Part shown: piece after piece, positions 1 through 9,041 of the stretch
Layout of the letters: each line of letters opens with the position of its first letter
Position numbering within the stretch: the stretch's first letter is position 1
Origin: Syntrophorhabdaceae bacterium
GTDB taxonomy: Bacteria > Desulfobacterota > Syntrophorhabdia > Syntrophorhabdales > Syntrophorhabdaceae
Length of the DNA: 64,000 nucleotides
Direction of reading: 5' to 3'
Assembly: GCA_963665295.1 (NCBI GenBank)
Contig: OY762209.1
Span: 1,888,001 to 1,952,000, forward strand
The notes under the pieces: generated by a model
The model's input: the letters and a program-made list of their open reading frames with translations, nothing else
Database searches by the model: none
Told to the model about the DNA's origin: nothing
Program-made: the position numbers and the translations under genes

Positions 1-326
1 AGTTCGGCAATCCCTTCTTTTCCGCCGGCAGTTATGCCGTCCATATTGCCTTTGAAAAGTGATGCGAAGGGTTCCCTATCCTTCCATTCAGGATGCTTTG
101 CGGCAAGCATCTTCACGCGATCGAGGGTGAAGAGGGCCTGAAAATAATGGGGGTGCTCGGCCCAGAGTGTACCGTCGTTGTCAAATGCTGCAATGCGCTC
201 GGCAGGTGGTATGTAGTCTGACGAGCCTTCTCTGGTCACCGCGCCGACGAATCTCATGATAGCTGTTTTGGCGGGACTATCATTCCAGGAAGGCAAAGGG
301 TCCGGGGTTCTTGGAATCATCACCAT
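1..326 (-). CDS. HAD-superfamily hydrolase / acid phosphatase-like, 5' part (runs off window edge)
   Basis: Not in ORF track. Manual minus-strand translation: MVMIPRTPDPLPSWNDSPAKTAIMRFVGAVTREGSSDYIPPAERIAAFDNDGTLWAEHPHYFQ..., with HAD motif I FDNDGTLW. Start is 326 or 320. Confidence 0.8.
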   Translation of the reverse strand, partial: MVMIPRTPDPLPSWNDSPAKTAIMRFVGAVTREGSSDYIPPAERIAAFDNDGTLWAEHPHYFQALFTLDRVKMLAAKHPEWKDREPFASLFKGNMDGITAGGKEGIAE

Positions 327-609
327 GCACCGGAGGTTAAGAGACAACCTCGAGATTTTTATTCATGATTTTACCTTGTCTTGAGCAATAATTACCACGA
401 GAATTGTACGATAACAAGAAGAAATAGAATAGTTGATTGCAGAAAGAAAGATATTTTTGTGCACATACACAAAAATATAGGGTAGGTGATCAAGTTCATA
501 ATAGAATTGCTCGGGTACTTTGAGACTGTGGAGCAGGGGAGAAAATCGGGTTCATATTCGGTCCCCTTGTCTTTTATCATAGATTCTTTCGCGAAGGAGC
601 CTATCACGC

Positions 610-1748
610 TAGTGTACTGTCTCACTAATAGCTTTACAATTACCCTTGGCTATGCTATCATAGTGCATGTGGAATCCAGCCAGTACGCTAGACATGACGG
701 AAGAGCAGAGAAAGACATTGGAAACATGGGTCAAAGCAAAGAAGACTCCCCAAAGGGTGGTTCTACGCTCCCGCATCTGCCTGCTCGCGGCAGAAGGGAT
801 GTCCCATAACGCCATAGCGAAGAGGCTCAATACCTCCCGCCCTACGGTGATATTGTGGGTAGGCCGCTTCAGAGAACAGGGCCCCTCGGGCTTATCGGAG
901 GACGCACCCCATGGGCCGAGTTCAAGGCGCCTTAACCCGGAGATAGTGCGCACCATCGTGGAAGCCACGCTCCATACAACTCCCAAAGATGCTACTCAGT
1001 GGTCCACCCGCACCATGGCAAAGGAGAAGGGCGTGAGCCATGCCACCGTGCAGCGCATCTGGGATGCCCATGGACTACAGCCCCATCGGGTAGAAACTTT
1101 CAAGCTGTCCAGAGACAAGAAGTTCGTGGAGAAACTGACCGATGTGGTGGGCGTCTATCTCAATCCTCCCGACAAAGCGGTGGTACTCTGTGTGGATGAG
1201 AAAAGCCAGGTGCAGGCCCTGGACCGGACCCAGCCGGGATTACCGATGAAGAAGGGGCGCTGCGGCACGATGACCCACGACTACAAAAGGAACGGCACTA
1301 CCTGTCTTTTTGCCGCCCTCAATGTTCTGGAAGGAAAAGTCATAGGCTCCTGCTATCCCCGCCACAGAAATACCGAATTTCTTAAGTTCCTGCGTACCAT
1401 AGACCGTCAGGTGCCAAAGGGCCTCGATGTCCATATGATTCTCGACAACTACGGAACTCATACCCACCCCAATGTGAAAGCATGGCTCGAAAAACACCCC
1501 CGTTTCGTTCCCCACTTTACACCCACAAGCTCGTCGTGGCTTAACCTGGTGGAGCGCTGGTTCGGGGAGATCACACGAAAGAGAATTCGTCGCGGCATCT
1601 TCAAAAGCGTTCAGGAACTGGTGACCGCCATCGAAGAATATATTCGCTGCAACAACGAAGACCCCAAACCCTTCGTATGGACCAGGAAGGCCGAGGAGAT
1701 ACTTGAAAAAGTGAATCGCTGTAAAGGCGTTACTGAGACACTACACTA
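610..1748 (+). mobile_element. IS630-family insertion sequence (coordinates include the duplicated TA)
   Basis: 30-bp imperfect IRs: CTAGTGTACTGTCTCACTAATAGCTTTACA (609-638) versus reverse complement of 1720-1749, CTAGTGTAGTGTCTCAGTAACGCCTTTACA. CTAG target with TA at both ends. Confidence 0.93.
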
Positions 1749-1749
1749 G
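667..1749 (+). CDS. IS630-family transposase
   Basis: N-terminal HTH; DDE motifs CVDEKSQ, ILDNYGTH, WLNLVERWF; single 360-aa ORF. Confidence 0.95.
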   Translation: MWNPASTLDMTEEQRKTLETWVKAKKTPQRVVLRSRICLLAAEGMSHNAIAKRLNTSRPTVILWVGRFREQGPSGLSEDAPHGPSSRRLNPEIVRTIVEATLHTTPKDATQWSTRTMAKEKGVSHATVQRIWDAHGLQPHRVETFKLSRDKKFVEKLTDVVGVYLNPPDKAVVLCVDEKSQVQALDRTQPGLPMKKGRCGTMTHDYKRNGTTCLFAALNVLEGKVIGSCYPRHRNTEFLKFLRTIDRQVPKGLDVHMILDNYGTHTHPNVKAWLEKHPRFVPHFTPTSSSWLNLVERWFGEITRKRIRRGIFKSVQELVTAIEEYIRCNNEDPKPFVWTRKAEEILEKVNRCKGVTETLH

Positions 1750-1905
1750 GATTGCACGATAAGCGGGAACCTAGGGCCGATGAAGCTCAGCCGGAAGCTG
1801 AGATCGAGGAGTGGCAAAGACGGTTTCTCGCACCCGAGGACGATCAGTTCGTGGAACTCATGGCCATGGAAATTATGAATCGATCAGGGCGCAGGCGATA
1901 GATCA

Positions 1906-2103
1906 CTACTTGCTGCTTTCCCGCAATTCTTTAAACTTCTTTCGAGCCACCTCTCCGATTTCCCTCTTGCTCCGCCTCAGTAATTCTACTTCGGACTCTG
2001 TCAGCATCCTCGGTGTTAAGTAAGTACCGGGCTTCGGATTGAGTAAGGCAGTCGAAGGAGTGAGCGAACTTTTCCTTCCACCAGTCTTCAAGCTCTTTTC
2101 CAT
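1906..2103 (-). CDS. small hypothetical protein overlapping the PRTase 3' end
   Basis: GAGGAG RBS 5 nt before ATG; charged helical C-terminus MLTESEVELLRRSKREIGE. Confidence 0.35.
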   Translation of the reverse strand: MEKSLKTGGRKSSLTPSTALLNPKPGTYLTPRMLTESEVELLRRSKREIGEVARKKFKELRESSK

Positions 2104-2675
2104 GTTTACTCCTCAGTTGTTGTAATGTACCACTTCGCAATAGTGCCGCCCATACCAATGAAATCGTCCCCAATCAGATATTCTTACCCTTCTATCGCGT
2201 TACCGTCAAAAAGCGGCTGTCCGGCAAGGCGGCCAAACCCATCCTATCCCGTATGCTCCGCTATATTTGTCTGAACTATTCTGTTTTCCACTTCAAGGCC
2301 AAGATTGTCGGCAATCTTTTCGGCAAGCGCTTCCGGGATCGCGTTTATGCCCTCGCCCTCCAAGGTGTGAACACTGATAAGAATGGGCTTTCTTCCGCGC
2401 AACAGCGTCTTGAGTGCTTCTATGGAGTCAGGGTTAAGGGTATCATTCACAAGAATAGACGCGGCCTCTGCATCTCCCGTCTTTGCCGCCGTATAAAAGG
2501 GATGCTTTTTCACCGATGTCTCTGTCGTGTGAATGATGACATCCGGGAAGTCGAATAGGGGCTTACGAAAGGGTTTCGGAAACAATCCGGGCCAAAGCCG
2601 ACGAAACACGATCTCGATATCGGATAATGACTTCGCTTCCTGTACAGCTTTTACCCACCATTCTTTTTCGTCCAT
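1931..2675 (-). pseudogene. phosphoribosyltransferase-like pseudogene
   Basis: ORF 2244-2675 continues in frame through TAG and TAA: HTG*DGFGRLAGQPLFDGNAIEG*EYLIGDDFIGMGGTIA (PRPP-binding DDxxxxGxT motif). It then shifts to the frame of ORF 1931-2173 (LQQLRSKHGKELEDWW...). Confidence 0.75.
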
Positions 2676-2811
2676 ATTGAAATCATATCAACTATCAGTT
2701 CAAAGGGCAAGATGATGAGTGGCAAGAAGAGGCACCGCATCTAACCCCCCTTACGAAATATTGTTGGACCTTCTTAACTTTGGAAGTAGTCGTTATTATT
2801 AATGATGTAGA

Positions 2812-2903
<92 letters not shown>

Positions 2904-3449
2904 TTAATTGAAAAAACTTTCGGAGCAGCGTTTTGCTCTTGTCTTCGAGAATACCCCCTCTGACCTCGGCCTTGTGGTTCAGGGGGAGACTGTTTATATC
3001 GACTACTGAACAGAGGCCGCCTCTTTTTGCATCGAAACAGCCGAAAACCACCGTCTTTATTCTTGCCTCCACAAGGGCGCCCGCGCACATGACACAGGGT
3101 TCCATGGTCGCGTAGAGGGTGCATCCCGTGAGGCGATAGTTGTCGAGGACCTTCGCCGCCTCGTTCATGGCAAGGATCTCCGCATGGGCCGTCGGCGAAT
3201 TGAGGTGAATGGTGAGGTTGTGCGCCCGGGCGAGCACCTTGCCTTCGGGGGACACCACGACCGCGCCCACGGGCACTTCACCCTTGTCAAAAGCCTTGCG
3301 GGCCTCGTCGAGACACATCTCCATAAAGAACTCGTCTTCCATCGCGATAAATATACCTTTGATTCATCACAAAATCAATGATATTTGCCGGAAGAAGAGT
3401 GTGGCGCGCCGTGGACGGGGTGCTTACAATGGTAACATAAGGAGAGAAT

Positions 3450-4409
3450 ATGAAAGATATGCCGGGTTTGAGGCCGAAGGTCTCCATAATAGGAGCGGGG
3501 AATGTGGGGGTGCGCTACGCCTTCGCCCTTATCATGAAGGGGCTCGCGAGGTCGGTGGTCATGGTGGACCTCGACAGGAGGAGGGCCGAAGGGGAAGTGA
3601 TGGACCTTTCGAGCGTCATGCCCTATATCCCTCCGGTAAATATCAGCACCGGGGACTATGACGACCTCGAAGGTTCGGACCTCGTGGTGATCTCGGCGGG
3701 TCGGAAGCAGAAGCCGGGTCAGGGCAGGCTTGATCTGGCCGCGGCAAACGTCGTCCTTTTCAGGGAGATGGTGCCGGAGATCATGAAGGCGAGCCCGGAC
3801 TCGATCTGGCTTGTGGCGGCCAACCCCGTGGACGTGCTCACCTATGCCGCGCTCACGATCTCGGGGAAGCCGTGGCAACAGGTGATAGGCTCGGGCACCG
3901 TTCTCGACAGCGCCCGCCTGAGGCTCCTCCTCTCCGAGAGGTGCGAGATCGATGCGAGGAATATCCACGCCTACATCCTGGGTGAGCACGGGAAGAGCGA
4001 GTTCGCCGCCTGGAGCAGGGCCCTGGTGGGCGGCGTGCTTTTCGAGGATTACTGTCCCATGTGCGGCCGTTGCCGTGATTATCACGAGACACGCCTTTCC
4101 GTCTTTGAGGAAGTCCGCGATTTTGCGGAAAAGGTCATTGAGAGAAAGGGCGAAACCTCCTACGGGGTCGCCCTTGCCATGGTGAGGATCACCCAGGCGA
4201 TCCTGAACGACGAAAACTCGGTCCTTCCCGTCTCCTGCTATACAGACGGCTATAATGACGTGAGCGGCGTCTGCCTCAGCGTGCCTTCCGTGATAAACCG
4301 GACGGGCGTGAGAGAGCTTATCCGCATACGGCTGAGTGCGGAGGAGACGAAGAGCCTCCATGAATCGGCGCGGGCTTTGAAAGAGGTCATAAAGGAAACG
4401 GGACTCTGA
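3450..4409 (+). CDS. ldh: L-lactate dehydrogenase
   Basis: GAGNVG Rossmann motif, QKPGQGRLDL substrate loop, NPVD, LDSAR, GEHG. Start may be 3459. Confidence 0.88.
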   Translation: MKDMPGLRPKVSIIGAGNVGVRYAFALIMKGLARSVVMVDLDRRRAEGEVMDLSSVMPYIPPVNISTGDYDDLEGSDLVVISAGRKQKPGQGRLDLAAANVVLFREMVPEIMKASPDSIWLVAANPVDVLTYAALTISGKPWQQVIGSGTVLDSARLRLLLSERCEIDARNIHAYILGEHGKSEFAAWSRALVGGVLFEDYCPMCGRCRDYHETRLSVFEEVRDFAEKVIERKGETSYGVALAMVRITQAILNDENSVLPVSCYTDGYNDVSGVCLSVPSVINRTGVRELIRIRLSAEETKSLHESARALKEVIKETGL

Positions 4410-4431
4410 CAGGCGACGCCTGCCCGGAGCG

Positions 4432-5877
4432 TCACGTCTTCTTCGGACCGAAGAGGGCGCCCAGGACCTGCACGAAGGGATTGCCTTTCAATTCGTCGAT
4501 ATGACACACCTTTGCCGGCTGCTTGATGACGTCGGAGAAGGTGGGGTAGATGTGGATCACCGAATCGAGTTTGTATAAAGGTATATCGAAGGTCTTGGCA
4601 ACCTGGATTTCATGGATCACGTCGCCCGCGCGGCTCCCCAGGATATGGGCCCCGAGGATCTTGTACCGGTCGTTGCATATGATTTTGGAGAGTCCGAACC
4701 CTTCCATGTCGGTTTTCCCCCTGTCCGTGTTCCCGTATTCCCAGCGGTAGACCCTTACCTTTTCCCCGTATTTCTGCCGCGCCTCGTCTTCCGTGAGGCC
4801 CGCGTGGGCAAGTTCCGGGTCGGTGAACATACACCAGATGTAATGCTCGTAGTCCGCATGTTTCTTTATGGGCAGCAGCGCGTTCTGCGTCGCGATGCGG
4901 GCCTGGTATTCCGCCATGTGAGAGAACTGGTAGGGTCCCACCACGTCCCCGCACGCGTAAATATTGGGAGAGGACGTGCGAAGCGCGTCATCCACGGCGA
5001 TCCCTTTCGGAGAATGATGGACCCCGGCCTTTTCCAGTCCGAGGCCTTCCGTGTTCACCACGCGGCCCACGGCAACGAGGATGCTCTCCGCCGTGACGGC
5101 CCGCGTCTCCCTATCCGGTCCTTCCACGGTAAGGGAGATCATGCCTTCTTCCTGGGAAAGGCGCACAGCCTTTGTCCTGGTGAGAAGGACGAGTCCCTCG
5201 TCGGCCAGCCTTCGGGCAAGGAGGTCCCTCAGTTCCTTGTCCTCCCGGATCATGATCTGCTCCGCCATCTCGACGATGGTGATATGAACGCCGAGGCGGC
5301 TCAATGCCTGGGCGAGTTCCGTGCCGATGGGACCGCCGCCGAGAACGATCATGGACCGGGGCAGTTTCTTCAGCTCGAAGGCACTCTCATTGGTGAGATA
5401 GGGGACCGTGTCGATGCCCTCGATGGGGGGGATAAAGGCGGACGAACCGGTGGCGATAATGAAGCTCTCCGCGGAAAGGGTTTCTCCCTCGACTTCGATA
5501 TGGTGGTTGTCGGTGAATACGGGGCTTCCGAAGACAATCTCCATACCGCGCTCGCGGAATACCTCCGGCCGGTGGCCGTCGTAGACCTTCCTGACGACAT
5601 TCCGGACGTGGTCCATTACGTATTCAGGGTTTACGGAACGAGGAGGGCCTTCGGCGAGCCCGTATTCGGACCCTCCCTCCCCGGATGCGTAGCGGCATAT
5701 GTTGGCTGCCTTGATGAGGGCCTTGCTCGGCACACATCCTGAATGGGTGCATTCGCCCCCGAGCATCCTGTGCTCTACGAGGGCGACCTTCTTGCCCAGG
5801 CCCGCGGCCATGGTGGATGAAACCATTCCCGCCGCGCCGCCGCCTATAACGATAAGATCATAATCGAAAGATGACAT
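4432..5877 (-). CDS. pyridine nucleotide-disulfide oxidoreductase (dihydrolipoamide dehydrogenase / mercuric reductase-like)
   Basis: GGGAAG, GGECTHSGCVPSK redox disulfide, GGGPIG, GD, HIYPT. No C-terminal CC pair of MerA. Confidence 0.88.
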   Translation of the reverse strand: MSSFDYDLIVIGGGAAGMVSSTMAAGLGKKVALVEHRMLGGECTHSGCVPSKALIKAANICRYASGEGGSEYGLAEGPPRSVNPEYVMDHVRNVVRKVYDGHRPEVFRERGMEIVFGSPVFTDNHHIEVEGETLSAESFIIATGSSAFIPPIEGIDTVPYLTNESAFELKKLPRSMIVLGGGPIGTELAQALSRLGVHITIVEMAEQIMIREDKELRDLLARRLADEGLVLLTRTKAVRLSQEEGMISLTVEGPDRETRAVTAESILVAVGRVVNTEGLGLEKAGVHHSPKGIAVDDALRTSSPNIYACGDVVGPYQFSHMAEYQARIATQNALLPIKKHADYEHYIWCMFTDPELAHAGLTEDEARQKYGEKVRVYRWEYGNTDRGKTDMEGFGLSKIICNDRYKILGAHILGSRAGDVIHEIQVAKTFDIPLYKLDSVIHIYPTFSDVIKQPAKVCHIDELKGNPFVQVLGALFGPKKT

Positions 5878-6055
5878 TCCTTACCCCCATTTTACTGCCT
5901 TCGATCTGTCCGGATCACACGAATATAGTGACCGCCCCGGCCTTTGTCAACGATCCCGGCTGCGACGTCCCCTCGAGGGCCCGCGTTACCGCGCGGAAAT
6001 GAAGGGAAGGAGGGAGGGCACACATTATGGCGGGGAGGAAATCTTATTGCGAAGA

Positions 6056-6064
6056 TGCTATAAT
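6056..6064 (+). promoter_or_regulatory. extended -10 promoter element of protease 1
   Basis: TGCTATAAT about 34 nt upstream of ATG 6098; the same element precedes the paralogue (8991-8999). Confidence 0.5.
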
Positions 6065-6097
6065 CTCCTTATATTCGCATTATCGGAGGAAGGAACC

Positions 6098-8869
6098 ATG
6101 GCAACAAGCGCCTCAAGAACCATGTCTTTGATCGGTGTGATGCTCTTTGCGCTGGCGTTTACGATCTTTTTGCCGGGAAACGCCCGCGCCGGTTCATCGC
6201 CCGTGGTGGAATGGTCTCTTGACGCCCGACTGGTCGTGCCGGGGGACGGGCTGTCCGAGGCCGCCTCCTCTGAGGGGGCTGCCCGGCAAGTCAACGCCCT
6301 GACGTCGAAACTCGGCGCAAAAGGCGTAAAGACCGAAGCACGCGTCCTGTCGAGGGATGACAGGGGGGTGACCTACGGGCTCACGGCCTCCGGAACGGGT
6401 GATGTGGATACCTTTCGCTCGATCCTCTATTCGGTGGCGCAGCCCCATTACCACGTCCTCGGCGGGGTGACCGAGATGGAGATCGAGAGCGGGGCCGCCG
6501 CCGGAAAGGACGCGACCATCGTCCTGGAATCGAACCCCTCCACGGGCTATGGCTGGAGAGTAGCCTCCGGAAGCGGTATGGTGGAGGCCGCGCCCAATGA
6601 GTACCGGATGCATACCCGCGGTTATGGAGCCCCCGAGCGGCAGGTCCTCCGCCTGACTTCGGGCGGGACAGCCGGCGGGCCCATCAAACTCGTGTACAAG
6701 CGTTTATGGGAGGATACGGCCCCCACGGGGAGCCTGAAGGTCAAACTCTCCGCACTTCCCGCGAGACTTGACCTGAGCGATCCCAATACGCCCGCCGTGC
6801 CGACCGCCATGCCCGCGGGTGTAACCCATGACGAATTGTTCCCCTCTACCCCTGAAGGGGGCCTTCCCGCCCATTTCGACTGGCGAGACTCCGGCATCGT
6901 TCCCGCGGTCCGCGACCAGGGTTACTGCGGGAGTTGCTGGGCCTTCGGCACCGTGGGGATCATGGAGTCCGCTCTCTGGAAGAATGGCGTGGCCGATGTG
7001 GACCTGTCCGAACAGTTTCTGGTTTCGTGCAATAAGGATGGCTGGGTCTGTTCGATCGGCGGGTTCACAGCCCACAAGTACCACTATGACACCCTGGCAA
7101 AGAACCAGAAGACCGTGGGCGCGGTCCTTGAGACCGTCAAGCCTTACACCGGAACCAACGGCACATGCAGCACGGGCGACTACAACAAACCTTACAAACT
7201 CACCGGCTGGGAATTCATCACGGGCTCCGAGTCCACCATGCCCACGGTGGACCAGATCAAGAACGCCATTTACACCTATGGTCCTGTTACGGCGGGGGTT
7301 TGCGCGGGGAACGCGTGGGATTATTATTACGGTTCACCGGGCGTGCTTACCACGGATGAGACGTCTCAGTGCGCCCCCTACACCACCAACCACCAGATTA
7401 TCCTTGTCGGCTGGGACGACGACGGAGGTTACTGGATACTGCGGAATAGCTGGGGCGCCGATTGGGGCTATGACGGCTACATGTACATCAAGTATGGTAT
7501 CTCCCGCGTGGGAGAGGGTACGTCATGGGTGACGACCCCCCTGGCCGGGCCTACGCTCAGCGTCTCCAAGACCGGGGGCGGCTCGGGTACGGTGATAAGT
7601 TCTCCCGCGGGCATAAACTGCGGGTCCACGTGTACCCGCCAGTTCGCGACAGGCGAGGTGGTCACTCTCACTGCGACGGCCGGCTCGGGAGCGACCTTTG
7701 CCGGCTGGAGCGGCGATTGCAGCGGCACGGGCGCCTGTGTGGTAACCATGGACGACGCAAGGTCGGTGACCGCCTCGTTCACAGTGAATACCTATAACCT
7801 TGCGGCGTCGATGACAGGGTCCGGGGGCGGCACTCTCGTTGCCACGGGACTCACGTGCAACGGCAAGAGCTGTTCCGGGTCATACCCGTATAATACACAG
7901 GTCACCATAGCCGCCACGGCGGACGCAGCGTCCACATTCACCGGCTGGACAGGATGCACAAGCTCTTCGGCCTCCCTGAAAGGAGTGAAAAGCAAGGCCG
8001 GGACCGGGACTCCCGTTTCCCGGACGCTCACGAAGGGCGGGAAATCCGCTTCCGCCCAAAGCACATGTATGGTGATGATAACGGGTGATAAAACAGTAAC
8101 CGCGAATTTTGAACCCGGAAAGACCCTCACCGTGACGAAGACAGGCTCGGGCGCGGTCACAAGCTCCCCTTCGGGCGTCAACTGCGGCTCCACATGCGCG
8201 ACGCCTTTCCAGGTCGGAACCGAGGTGACCCTCACCGCGACCCCTGCCGCCGGTTATGGCTTTGCCTACTGGTCGGGCGCGTGTACCGGCGCCGCACTCA
8301 CGTGCAAGGTCGTTATGAATGACGACACCCAAGTGGCAGCCCTTTTTAATTCGACCAAGACCAGGAAGTTCACTCTTTCAACAAGCAGGAAGAAGGTGAA
8401 TTCCGGTGACGGGACTATCGCCGGTTCCGACGGCATCATCGACTGCGGGAAGACGTGCAGCAAACCGTACTATCCGGGCGCTCCGGTTACCCTCACCGCA
8501 ACACCTGCCGCCAATTCCGTTTTCACGGGCTGGGGCGGGGCGTGTTCGGGCACGGAGACCTGCAGCGTCACCATGGATAAGGCGACCAAGGTAACCGCCA
8601 CCTTTGTGGGTCCTTATACCCTGAAGGTCAACAAGTCGAGCAAGAAGAAGGGGACGGGCCTCGTGACGAGCTCTCCGGCAGGGATTTACTGCGGGGGCAC
8701 ATGCAAGCAGAAATTTATCTACGGGACCCGGGTCACCCTCACCGCTGAAGGCGCGGGGGGCTCCACCTTTACGGGGTGGACCCCGGAAAAGATATGCACG
8801 GGCACAGGCACGTGCACGGTAGAGATGATTGCGGCGAAAACAGTGACGGCCACCTTCACGGGACCATAA
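6098..8869 (+). CDS. secreted C1A (papain-family) cysteine protease with N-terminal I42/chagasin-like domain and C-terminal divergent InlB B-type repeats
   Basis: RBS GGAGGAAGG before ATG 6098; signal peptide (ARA); ESNPSTGYGW; DQGYCGSCWAF, NHQI, RNSWG; about five repeats of type GxGxVxSxPxGIxCG...VTLTA...FxGWxGxC. Confidence 0.88.
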   Translation: MATSASRTMSLIGVMLFALAFTIFLPGNARAGSSPVVEWSLDARLVVPGDGLSEAASSEGAARQVNALTSKLGAKGVKTEARVLSRDDRGVTYGLTASGTGDVDTFRSILYSVAQPHYHVLGGVTEMEIESGAAAGKDATIVLESNPSTGYGWRVASGSGMVEAAPNEYRMHTRGYGAPERQVLRLTSGGTAGGPIKLVYKRLWEDTAPTGSLKVKLSALPARLDLSDPNTPAVPTAMPAGVTHDELFPSTPEGGLPAHFDWRDSGIVPAVRDQGYCGSCWAFGTVGIMESALWKNGVADVDLSEQFLVSCNKDGWVCSIGGFTAHKYHYDTLAKNQKTVGAVLETVKPYTGTNGTCSTGDYNKPYKLTGWEFITGSESTMPTVDQIKNAIYTYGPVTAGVCAGNAWDYYYGSPGVLTTDETSQCAPYTTNHQIILVGWDDDGGYWILRNSWGADWGYDGYMYIKYGISRVGEGTSWVTTPLAGPTLSVSKTGGGSGTVISSPAGINCGSTCTRQFATGEVVTLTATAGSGATFAGWSGDCSGTGACVVTMDDARSVTASFTVNTYNLAASMTGSGGGTLVATGLTCNGKSCSGSYPYNTQVTIAATADAASTFTGWTGCTSSSASLKGVKSKAGTGTPVSRTLTKGGKSASAQSTCMVMITGDKTVTANFEPGKTLTVTKTGSGAVTSSPSGVNCGSTCATPFQVGTEVTLTATPAAGYGFAYWSGACTGAALTCKVVMNDDTQVAALFNSTKTRKFTLSTSRKKVNSGDGTIAGSDGIIDCGKTCSKPYYPGAPVTLTATPAANSVFTGWGGACSGTETCSVTMDKATKVTATFVGPYTLKVNKSSKKKGTGLVTSSPAGIYCGGTCKQKFIYGTRVTLTAEGAGGSTFTGWTPEKICTGTGTCTVEMIAAKTVTATFTGP

Positions 8870-8990
8870 CCCGAACCGCCGAAGCGGAAGATCACCGCAA
8901 GAGAATGAGGCAATCGTCGCCCTTCCCGGCGGCAGGCAGGTCGGGCGTTGCGGTCCATTGCAGATATTGGTTCCCCATCGATCGCCAAAG

Positions 8991-8999
8991 TGCTATAAT
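8991..8999 (+). promoter_or_regulatory. extended -10 promoter element of protease 2
   Basis: TGCTATAAT upstream of AGGAGG RBS and ATG 9042. Confidence 0.5.
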
Positions 9000-9041
9000 C
9001 TTTTGCTCCGGAAAATAACAAAGTCAAGGAGGGAACCCCCC

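Larger units (their letters stand above)
486..1901 (+). pseudogene. small hypothetical gene interrupted by IS630
   Basis: Joining 486-611 to 1749-1901 (removing the IS and one TA) restores an open 92-aa frame ending ...ITL|GLHDKREPRADEAQPEAEIEEWQRRFLAPEDDQFVELMAMEIMNRSGRRR*. Confidence 0.5.

Noticed and set aside
2244..2246. TAG in the PRTase as possible pyrrolysine/readthrough
   Set aside because: A TAA and a frameshift follow shortly after, so pseudogenisation is the simpler explanation.
4612..5742. 376-aa plus-strand ORF (and similar long antisense ORFs at 3375-4361, 15680-16786, 25820-26770, 29952-30926, 31441-32667, 39994-41058)
   Set aside because: Each mirrors a well-supported gene on the opposite strand; expected from GC3-biased codon usage.
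4432..5877. merA mercury reductase
   Set aside because: No N-terminal HMA domain, no C-terminal Cys-Cys pair and no mer genes nearby.
5999..6097. ORF-track upstream starts (also 8958, 12036, 20237, 32724, 34187, 39342, 43444, 46315, 59162, 63014)
   Set aside because: Downstream ATGs have better RBSs, operon coupling, or match paralogue and family N-termini; the extensions run through promoters or neighbouring genes.
7550..8866. Repeated units as a CRISPR or DGR-like array
   Set aside because: They are diverged in-frame protein domain repeats; no identical spaced repeats, cas genes or reverse transcriptase in the window.
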